A stretch of DNA of 63,382 bases, filler included, from Collodictyon triciliatum (lineage: Eukaryota): NCBI GenBank assembly GCA_043381765.1. It is 6 parts of 6 records of this genome, joined end to end, with 100 filler letters (N's around TTAATTAATTAA, not from the genome) between each part and the next. Parts side by side here need not be neighbours in the genome. Positions count along the whole stretch, not along the records: positions 41,065 to 54,639 come from JBHJMP010001963.1; positions 54,740 to 60,842 come from JBHJMP010002082.1; positions 60,943 to 63,382 come from JBHJMP010002111.1; 3 more parts are not named here. One strand, written 5' to 3'. Position 1 is the first letter of the stretch; every line of letters begins with the position of its first letter. The notes under the pieces are model-generated. The model saw only the letters and a program-made list of their open reading frames with translations. It ran no database searches and had not been told where the DNA came from. The position numbers were made by a program, and so were the translations under genes. Below are positions 53,601 through 63,382 of this stretch, in pieces.

Positions 53601-54273
53601 NNNNNNNNNNNNNNNNNNNNNNNNNNNNNNNNNNNNNNNNNNNNNNNNNNNNNNNNNNNNNNNNNNNNNNNNNNNNNNNNNNNNNNNNNNNNNNNNNNNN
53701 NNNNNNNNNNNNNNNNNNNNNNNNNNNNNNNNNNNNNNNNNNNNNNNNNNNNNNNNNNNNNNNNNNNNNNNNNNNNNNNNNNNNNNNNNNNNNNNNNNNN
53801 NNNNNNNNNNNNNNNNNNNNNNNNNNNNNNNNNGCTCGTCCGTCAAGTCCGGGCCGTCGCCGTCGTCCAGCCAGCCGGGATTCCGCGGGCGGGTCGCGTC
53901 CATCAGCGGGCGGACGGCTGCGCTTGTGCGCCTGCTGGGCAAGGAAAAGATCCACATGCTCGACGACAACGGGAGCGTCACAATGGTGCTGCCCATGAGC
54001 AACATCGCAAACAGCGAGATTGTGGGCGACGCGTCGTCTGCAGCGTCCAAGCCGGAGTCCGAGTCCGAGTCCGAAAGAGACGCAGGTTCCGAGACGGCAA
54101 AGCCCAAGGACGGAACCGCACATGCGGCTGCGAGCCGGAACGCCAGCCCAAAGGCCGGGGACTCTCCTGCGCCGCTCCACACGCCCACCTTCGAATCGGA
54201 CCGCTCAGCCGAGGCGGCCGACATGCATCCCGAAATCGTGTCCCATCCAGTGCTCAGCCCCGCCAGCGACTGA
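44684..54273 (+). CDS. Two-repeat cyclic-nucleotide-binding K+-type channel, (6TM-pore-C-linker-CNBD)x2; start uncertain, gap before the last exon
   Basis: Repeat 1: HPSSKLRLVWE, YLRLPRLLR, TTVGYGD (46203-46223), FGEVSL..RRTATV. Repeat 2: YLRLPRLIRVGRL, CTVGFGD (51419-51439), FGEISL..KRSASA. The intervening exons splice in frame with no stop. Stop at 54271-54273. Confidence 0.88.
53401..53833. other. Within-scaffold assembly gap near the 3' end of the channel gene
   Basis: Plain N run without the TTAA linker. Confidence 0.9.
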
Positions 54274-54639
54274 CCCGCAACGTAATTATTTCTGTGATTG
54301 TAATCCAGGCCGCCCGCCATTCTAAGCCCTCTTCCTCCTCCATTCTTCATTCTTCCCCACCTCTCGCACCGAACAAGGAAGACCCTTTGCTATTTGAAAA
54401 GACCCTTCGCACCCCTTTGTCTGCCAAATAAATTAATAGATTTCGCTTGCTCCGAGATGTGTATCTGTGGATGGGTTGAAAGAGAATAAGGAAATGGTAA
54501 AGGAGATGTTTATTTGCAATGCCTATAACAGTTGTTTCTTTTTCTTTTTCTTTTTCTTTTTCTTTTTCTTTTTCTTTTTCTTTTTCTTTTTCTTTTTCTT
54601 TTTCTTTTTCTTTTTCTTTTTCTTTTTCTTTTTCTTTTT

Positions 54640-54739
54640 NNNNNNNNNNNNNNNNNNNNNNNNNNNNNNNNNNNNNNNNNNNNTTAATTAATTAANNNNN
54701 NNNNNNNNNNNNNNNNNNNNNNNNNNNNNNNNNNNNNNN
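54640..54739. other. Artificial contig-join linker
   Basis: N44-TTAATTAATTAA-N44. Confidence 0.97.
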
Positions 54740-54783
<44 letters not shown>

Positions 54784-55027
54784 AAAAAAAAAAAAAAAAA
54801 AAAAAAAAAAAACAAAAAAAAAACAAAAAGAGAAATATAATAAAGAGAAAATGAAAAGAAACAGAAGACCTCTTTGTAATCGTAGTCCGAAATGAGCAAT
54901 TTAAAGGAAAGATCTGTCCAGGGCTTGGTTTACTACTTTCATATATATGAAAAAAGATCCGTATAATATCCTGGGCTCATTCCTGTATAGCCATCAGAAT
55001 TCAACTCCAAGATCTTTGCACTGTTGG

Positions 55028-58000
55028 ATGTCTTACACCGATCTACTCCCACCCGATTTCTTGGCTCTTCTAGGGTCAAAAGGTACCTTCGAGTTTTTTC
55101 TTTCTATTTCTTTTTAATAGATATCCTTCACTGGGTCACGTCCTATTATGATTCCTTTTTTTTTTTTACTTATGCTCCATTGTAGCAATTCCCCCTTTTC
55201 TTCTTCTTCCAATAAACATCAGGGTTTGTTTTTAAGCAGTCTCTAACAATCTTCAACAAAGTTCGAGGACCTTAAACATACTTTGGAAAGCTATAGTTAA
55301 CCAAATCTTTTCGGATAGCTATATTTTTAAAGGTTCCGCTATCAACACATTTCCTTCAAAACCTCAGATTCATCTGTGCGTATGGAGGGGCTTTGTAGCT
55401 TACAAGCAGAACTGCAAGAAGGGATTTGTGCGTGGCCGGTAAAGCTAGTCATGTTGATTTATGTTGACAATATTAATTTATGTGTATATCATAGATGACT
55501 CCCATCTTACACCAATAGCAAGAAGAACAAATAGAAATTATTGGAGAGTGTCCGTTTATAAATGTGTCGCGGAGAACCTTAGTTTTCAGACACATATTTA
55601 CTTACAGCTTCGAACCTAAGTCATTTCTATATTCACTCTATTTTACCAGGGCATAACATTTGAACAAATGGCTGAAATACTCATTGACTGTCTCTCGGAT
55701 GTTCGTCTCAATATATGCCTTCTTGGCTTAGAGTGTTTTGCTGAACTTTGTCGCTTTTATCCCAAGAGGATCGATGCAGTTCTTCCTAGATTTGTTGCTA
55801 TATTGTTTGATACATTATCGCACCAACACGAGCAGGTCCGTGGGGTTGTGTATGACTGCCTCTGTATGTTTTCGAAATTCTGTTCTTTTGATCGTGTCAT
55901 GTCCTTAATAGCGAGGGTTGGATTGACCCATTCATCTTATCGTGTGCGGGAACAGGTAACTTAGATTTATCATCGAATTGGTTGATAAAAGAAGAGAAAA
56001 TGCTTTATACATGAGATGAGCTTGAAGGCTACCCAATGTTTTCCATACAAGCAATTATTTCTACATGTTTGCAGTTACTTACGATTTTGGGGAAGTTTGT
56101 GGAATATGGAAACGAAGAAACTTTACAAATGTTAAACCATCTGCAAGTCATCTGCAAATGTGTCGATGACCAGGAACGCATTGTCAGAATATCTGCTCTT
56201 CAACTACTCGATGATATAAATAGGTAATAATGAGGAAATTTTCACATTTTGAAGGCTTGTTAAACCAAAGGGAAATTAACAAGAGTAAACATGAATTTTT
56301 TTTCTGATTTTTTTAATGATTTCTGATAAGGCATCATTATCCTTATGAATTACCATCAAGTATTAATTAAATGTGCCTTGATATTGCCATATAATTGTAT
56401 TGAAAATAAAGCAAAACTGTAGCTCGCAAACAGTGGCTCTCGATATAGCTTTGGATAAAGTATCTACTTCAGAGCCAGATATTGTTCAAATGATCAAGCA
56501 ACACTTCGATGAACAGTCCAAAAAAGAAGAAAAGTATGACCGACCGGCATCTCCCGAGTCATGTCGCAGCAATTCGTCCTCTGGAAGCAAAACCGAGTTC
56601 AAGCCGCCCCAGGGAAAGGTTTTCGTATTTTCCTACCCGAATCAAATCATGTGTATGAATTATAGGTGGCAAATTTCTTCAAAAACAAACATAAATATTA
56701 CATGCAATCATGATGTACTCTAAAACCCCACATTATTGTAGCAACCGCCAGCATCAAGTCCTTCTGAGGAGCCACCTGAATATTACGTGGGACTCACCGT
56801 ACCTGTATTGGGAGAGGCACCCATCATTGTGTACTCTGAAAAAGACTTGGTTAGAGAGATTGAAGCTCTGCAAGAACTACTGAAAGACACAAAAGCAGAT
56901 TGGGAAAAGAGAACAGAAGGTCTTCGTCGTTTGTGGAGACTAATTGGTGTGTTTGCTATTTCATCTCTTTAATTTCTGGAAAGAAAATGGCCTGTTAACA
57001 TGTCATCATCGTACTGAAAGTTATTAGCTAATTAAATTAAATTAAATTAAATTAAATTAAAACAAAGATATTTGAATCGAATGAAGGGAAACCATTAAAA
57101 CAAACGTACGCATATCCCCAACAGCAGCATAACTGTGCCTTAAATTTAAATTCATTGAAACATCCTAGACGGAGGAGCTACCGAGACTAGCATATTTATT
57201 TCCTTGCTAAACAAAATAAAGTCGGCATTAGTATGCCAAGTACGTTTTTTTTTTTATCTTTATTTCTTATTTTCATATTTATCATTACTTTTTTTTTGAA
57301 TTGAATAAAAGATTATTTTATCCTTACTTATCTATTCATTTATGTGTCTTTCTGGTTCTGGTTCGAAATAAAGTTTGAATCAGAATGCCTACGGCATTAT
57401 TTACCATATTGACGAACTTAAGGGCAATTTACGAATTACTGGCCTTGCCGAATCTTATTTTTCATGCATCTAATTTAGGCTTACGATCTACGTTCCAAAG
57501 TTCCCAAAATAGCCTGTCAAATACTAAGCGTTCTTGCTTTTCGTCTTGGAGAGAAGTTCGAATCTTTTGCCGAATACTTCTTCCCTGATATGATGCGAAA
57601 CGTTGCCAACACTGTGACAATAATCAGAGAATCAGCAAATCTCTGTGTGAGATCTTTTTTATTCAAGACAAGATCATCGACTATCCTGAAAAAAATCGTT
57701 GAGCAGTCAAACCCGAAATTATCAAAGGTTAGACATAACATTTGATATGTGAATTTACCAGAAGATTTCTACACCAAAAACCATATCAATTCTAATGTCT
57801 TTTTCATATACCATATGGTTTATTTTAATTGTGTTAATATTCCACATTTATTTGATAGGATAAGAATGTTCGCGTTAGATGTCAAGAGTACTTGTATTTA
57901 ATACTCAGTGAGTGGTCCGTTAGCACACTCGAAAAAAGTCTTGATATGATTGAAGAGCAAATTCGGTGATTTTCCATTTGGCTGGACTATTCGTCCACAG

Positions 58001-60811
58001 ATTCCTCCGCAGCCGATATTATTTCTTTATACTATGGAGACTTTACGAATTCCATTCCATTATGTCAGATATATAATGTAATTACTATATTTATCAATTC
58101 ATAACCTGCTGCTTTCGTATCTAGACACGGATTAACTGATGCAGATGAGAAGTCCAGACAGACTGCCCGAAAATCCTTCTTAAAACTTCATCGCTTGGCT
58201 CCAGAAAAGGCACAAAAGTAAAATTTAAATTATATCATTTTTTTATATTACCAACACATAATCATTCACTTAAAAAGATTTCATATATCCTCCTAACATA
58301 ATTATATCCATGTACAGGTTACTTTCAACCTTAGATACATCTGTTCAAAAGATTTTGGTTGATGCTATGAAAAAGACCAATGTGTACACTGCGGATTTTC
58401 AAAAACCAGTCTCTAAAACGTCCCAGAAGATGCAATCCAAGAGAGACATGCATGACGAATCTGCTAAATCACACGACGCTCTTGTTAACAAAATGTCTTC
58501 ACTGACGTTGAGTTCTTCCTCAACTAATTATCGGTCGACCATAGCTAATTCTTCATCTTTTTCAAATCTCTCTTTGACGCGCCCACTTTCCCATTCACGA
58601 GCACCAAATTCGGTGAACAAAGGATCTTTCGATAAATCGGAGGCAACCCATAGAGATGGCGAAGCCCACATATCAGATTTAACACAGGCGACCAGGTCAA
58701 GGTCAAGTTCTCCTCGTAAGCTACCTTTCTCTTGTTTATTCTTTGAAAATGTGACAAAAGACATATCATCTTGATATATTTCTTTGTTTTAAAACTCTCG
58801 GCCTTAGTTATACATATAGTTTACCAATTCCTATGATATTGCTTTTTTTTTAAAAAAACAAAAACAAAAACAAAAAAAAACATCAACTACTGGAGACAAA
58901 CTTTTATTTACAAGCTGTTGATTCTGAGTTTTCCATATATGCTTCCACTCCTCAATTAGTCATATCATTTAATGCTTAGCCAAAGTCTGGAAGTAGATGA
59001 TTCCAAATATTTTTATAGGAAGTGTTTCGTCATTCGAATCTGGTAGAAAACAAATGGCAGAGACACACATGGGAAGTTCTGCAGTATCGAAACCAAACAA
59101 ACCCAGCAACTTAAAAGTGGATACTAAAACCACCTCCGTTACATCCCGAGGCAGCTCCCAGAATAAGCAAGCTATCGGGAATCCTTTATCGCTGGACTCT
59201 AGTTGGCAGTCAAGAATCAACAGATCTACAAACCCAACATCGACATCTCCTGTGACTAAAAGGCAGGCATGGGCTTCAAATTCAACTTCCATATCCTTAC
59301 CTTCGACTCCAGCCAATGAAGGAGCACGAATGAAGGACATTGTCCAAATCATGGCTATCAACAACCAGACCCCATGGGAAGAGCGCCTTCAAACATATCA
59401 AGAACTTCAAACCTTCTTTACAGGACATAAGTTTGATGAAATCCGAGTGTATATGGATCGCTTAGTGAATATGTATCTCGATAGAATAACAGACCCCCAC
59501 CCAAAAGCCTTAATCTCGTTGATTGATTCGATGGAATCGTTCGTCTCTGTCTTCAGTCATCATTTGGAGCCTCATCTGGAGAGACTCCTACTAAAGGTGA
59601 CTGTTATTACTATTACTATTACTATTACTATTACTATTACTATTACTATTACTATTACTATTACTATTACTATTACTATTACTATTACTATTACTATTAC
59701 TATATTTATTACTATTACTATTACTATTACTATTACTATTACTATTAATTATTACTATTACTATTAATTATTACTATTAATTATTACTATTTATCATTAC
59801 TGTTAATCATTACTATTAATCATTACTATTAATCATTACTATTAATCATTACGATTAATTATTCCGATTAATTATTCCGATTAATTATTACTATTAATTA
59901 TTATTATTATTAATTATTATGTTTCCCAAACATACCCTCCCATTAGTTTGTTTGTTTCAACCAATTATACCCATCGACAGAAAAACCTTACCTCTCACTC
60001 TTATAAATATTCATCTTCAGTAAATATAACATTTTCTTCTCTCCTTCATATATATAAATATATAAACTACAATAAAGCAGAAGGGTGAACATTTCCACTT
60101 TTTCAAGTTTTCCAAACAGTTAACAAACGATTCGACTCACTTAGTTACTTATGTATTTATATATGTCTTTATTTCTATTTTTGTTTGTTTACTTGTTTAT
60201 TATATGTGCATTCCAGTTTTAATGAAATAAAATCAACTTATTCGTTACAGGTTTTAGAAAAATGTGCGGATTCCAGCGAACCCGTCAGAAGGTCTTGCGA
60301 AATCGTTCTAGCCACGTTTAGTAGAGAATTCTCTGGAGATATTTTGCTGCCTATACTCGTCCGGGTGATTGATATGAACAATCCAAAGACCAGGGTACCT
60401 GGACTGAAAATGATTTCAAACAATATCCCTAACACATCTAGTTTGTCATCAAACTCAACAGGTCCAATATCAATTGTACATATCATGATATTATATATTT
60501 TTTATTTTTTATTCTTCCTTTCAATTTTGTACAGGATGGTGAAGATGTTGGTATATCATGATATTATATTATGTTATTGTACCATGTTCACCTCTCATGG
60601 AAAATGGACTCATCCAGTACAAAATTTTAAACGATAAGTGCTTGACCAGGATAATTCATTGATATAATAAACAATATGTAATGCTTTCACACAACCCGTT
60701 CAATATAGTTGTGAAACTCATCCTTCAAAAAGTTGCACCAGCCCTGGGAGATAAGACATCGGAAATTAGAGATGCTGCTACAAATATTATATGTTCGCTT
60801 CAAGAGATTTC
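55028..60811 (+). CDS. CLASP: CLASP-family TOG/HEAT-repeat microtubule regulator; 3' partial
   Basis: Exons encode IIVYSEKDLVREIEALQELLKDTKADWEKRTEGLRRL, DLRSKVPKIAC..LAFRLGEKFESFAE, KNVRVRCQEYLYLILSEW and GLTDADEKSRQTARKSF, then an S/R-rich linker and WEERLQ...TDPHPK. Confidence 0.85.
59604..59919. repeat. (ATTACT)n microsatellite grading into ~13-mer variants, intronic in CLASP
   Basis: Directly visible. Confidence 0.9.
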
Positions 60812-60842
60812 GTAAGCAACCACTATGGACCATCGATCCTTT

Positions 60843-60942
60843 NNNNNNNNNNNNNNNNNNNNNNNNNNNNNNNNNNNNNNNNNNNNTTAATTAATTAANN
60901 NNNNNNNNNNNNNNNNNNNNNNNNNNNNNNNNNNNNNNNNNN
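60843..60942. other. Artificial contig-join linker
   Basis: N44-TTAATTAATTAA-N44. CLASP is truncated here. Confidence 0.97.
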
Positions 60943-61141
60943 AATTTTTTGGGGGGGTCTAGCTTTGATTAGAATACCCCCCCCCCCCAAAAAAAAATTT
61001 TTTTTCTTTTTTTTCCCTTTTAAAAAAAAAAAAAAAACAACTTGGAAATCTAAAGAAAAAAAAGAGACGCGATAGGAATAATAAATGACTAAAGTGATAG
61101 CTATACCAGTCGTAGTCAACGCTTTGTTCCGTATTCATAAT

Positions 61142-63047
61142 TTATCTTTTTTTAAACGTCGTTCTGGATGCGCAAACATCAATCGATTCGTCCTCATTCA
61201 GGGTAATACTCCATGAGTCTAAACGTTACATGTTAGTATTTTCGCACAGAAGTGTAAAACAATAAATGTCTACTTTTAGTTCGTAAAGGATCAATATATT
61301 TACTTAGGAAGTCAATGCAGTCCTCCTTGAGCGAAAATCCAAAAACCCGCATTATCCAAGCAATATATATCTTTGGTTGATAGCTAAATGCCGAATATTT
61401 ATTTATTTCCTTAGCAAACAGTGTTTACCTAAACACTTTACGAAGACAAAATATAAAGTTTTGGAAATGGAGGCAGACATGTTTGAATAAAGGCATAAAG
61501 CCAAGAAAATGAGCGTAAAAAGGCCAATTAACCTGTAAAGAAGCTTCCGTAGCACCGCTGAACGATATTTATTTATCAAAGATTTCGCAACACGCTTCAG
61601 ATCTTCCGGGAACTGGTAATAAATAGGAATTTTTCAATCTTTGGTAAAAATGCAGCTGTGAATTTTTGAAAGGGTCGCTTGAAAATAATCGAGTTTGAAA
61701 ATGCAACCTACTGAAACATATAGTGAGAATAATCTTTTAAATGCGCCCTCTTGAAAGAGTTTTGGCATGTTTGAAATATCATGCGGCAATCCTCTTCTTT
61801 CTTGCTTTTCGGAGAAAGATTTCAGCCGGGAAAACATTCTTTTGCGTGTCAAGTCCACTTGGCATGAAAATAAATGCGATAGTAGAAGCTTGATACGAGG
61901 GAAATCAATTGAAGGATAAAAAAAATATATATATAAAAAAAAAAGAAAAGGATATTTTCGTAGCAGCTGTTTTCCAAATCCATGACCATCAAGTAGCATG
62001 TCAACGAAAGCTTCATGCTGCGAGAAGGTCTGATAAGAAAATAAAGAAGGTAACATTTTGCCACGAATACTTGTGACACAAAAATCATTATTATTTTTTT
62101 TTTTTATCAAAAATAGGATGCTGTCTATAAAATGTGTTGTTTTATTTACATATTGTTTTATTTTAGGAGAAGGAACCTTCCTTTGATTCCTTTGTTATAG
62201 AGTTGGTCCAGAATACTGCAACACGTCACGAATTCTTTAATATCACCCTGCAGGTTTATAGAGAAAAATAATTCATAGCTGGCTTTGGAGGTGTGCATAA
62301 AGACAAATAATTGAATTACGTTATCTAGGGACACTTGAATGCTCTTTTCGTAGACATTTGCAGTAAATTCGTCAGCTATTTCTTGGACCTATATTATATT
62401 TTGGAACAGTGTTTTTAAAACTTGAAAATGACCGTATTTCCTTTCTACTGAATTTATCAATCTATTAATAAAAAGATAATGTACGCTCATTAATAAGGTC
62501 TGCAGGCTATAGTGATGAAATTCAGAGGTATACAGTCAAATCTTGGCGGATAGATTTTAGCTGGTCGATAATCCAAGCATATGGTCTCCTTGATACCTGC
62601 CATGCCAGAAAAAAAAATGCTGTCAGTGTAAAAAGGTGGACAACGTGGTTGGCAGTCACCATAACAAGAGAAATTTTTTTTCAAGCGTAACAATTCGAGT
62701 AAATAGCGCACCAAATCGCAAAGTTTTCTGAAACTCTCTTCTAGGATATGTTTTGGTCGTATGTCCTCTGCCTGAGCCTCCTGGGATATTAAGAGATACA
62801 TTTTTGATCTAAGAAGACATTAAAAATATTCGAGAAATGCAAATTAACTAGGTTTCATTTTATGTTTGAGAGTGACCTTAAAAGAAGCAGAGTTTTACTC
62901 TAAAGAATCTTTACATTTTTGTTTCATATTATCATTCTTTTTTGGGTGTGAAAGAGTGCTCTGCTACATACTGTGGTAAGGCGAAGGAAATCTTTCCAAA
63001 GCTGCTGATTAGTTCCCACAAGAATCTGCCGAGCCATATCCAAGGTG
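61142..63047 (-). CDS. SAC3/GANP-domain protein, LENG8/Thp3-like; 5' partial
   Basis: Exons encode LVGTNQQLWKDFLRLTT|EAQAEDIRPKHILEESF, YAWIIDQLKSIRQDLT|VQEIADEFTANVYE, GDIKEFVTC, GAFKRLFSLY and YQPK...FGF..DCIDFL. Stop at 61142-61144. Confidence 0.8.
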
Positions 63048-63093
63048 CTATTACAGCCTGCCTGCCCAGTAGATGAAAAAAATGAATATTACA

Positions 63094-63382
63094 AAACCAT
63101 TAAACCCCACAAACCCCAATAAAAAACCCATTAAACCCCACAAAACCCCAATAAAAAACCCCAATAAAAAAACCCCAATAAAAAAACCCCAATAAAAAAA
63201 CCCCAATAAAAAAACCCCAATAAAAAACCCAATAAACCCCACAAAACCCCAATAAAAAAACCCCAATAAAAAAACCCCAATAAAAAACCCCAATAAAAAA
63301 ACCCCAATAAAAAAGCCCCAATAAAACCCCCAATAAAACCCCCAATAAAACCCCCCAATAAAACCCCCCAATAAAACCCCCC
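63094..63382. repeat. Degenerate (CCCCAATAAAAAA)n minisatellite at the segment end
   Basis: Directly visible. It lies immediately upstream of a splice acceptor of the minus-strand LENG8-like gene. Confidence 0.85.

Noticed and set aside
237-54273. A physical cAMP-signalling gene cluster (cyclase, PDE, GAF protein, CNBD channel)
   Set aside because: Each gene lies on a different linker-separated segment, so the adjacency is most likely artificial.
63094-63382. Telomere (TTGGGG-like on the minus strand)
   Set aside because: The units are irregular, the C-rich strand points the wrong way for a right-hand chromosome end, and the tract lies in an apparent intron of the LENG8-like gene.
1-63382. 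Alternative genetic code or stop-codon readthrough as the reason for fragmented ORFs
   Set aside because: The conserved domains I reconstructed are restored by ordinary splicing with no in-frame stops, and TAA, TGA and TAG all end genes.

Overview
Eukaryotic, AT-rich, intron-dense DNA (standard code, introns mostly about 70-350 bp, many microsatellites), probably from a flagellated protist. The window is not one locus. Five identical 100-bp linkers (N44-TTAATTAATTAA-N44) divide it into six segments of 13588, 13585, 13591, 13575, 6103 and 2440 bp, which look like unlinked scaffolds concatenated roughly by size. Genes reconstructed by manual splicing: a soluble adenylyl-cyclase-like protein (two class III cyclase domains, P-loop, helical tail); a repeat-rich protein of unknown function; a CLAMP/C1a-32 flagellar protein; a RegA-like receiver-phosphodiesterase; an LRR-Roc-COR (Roco) protein with degenerate G-motifs; a strongly diverged CCT-eta-like chaperonin; a small helical protein; a partial GAF protein; the 3' end of a D-2-hydroxyglutarate dehydrogenase-like gene; a GATA/AT-hook factor; a single gene encoding two tandem 6TM K+ channel-CNBD repeats; CLASP (partial); and a LENG8/Thp3-like SAC3-GANP protein (partial). 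An intergenic island (14.5-18.4 kb) holds truncated non-LTR retrotransposon 3' ends and a TSD-flanked SINE-like element. The most notable items are the two-repeat CNBD channel, the SINE-like element, CpG decay between TE copies, and catalytic-motif substitutions in the cyclase, Roc and receiver domains. All family calls come from motif recognition by eye; no searches were run.
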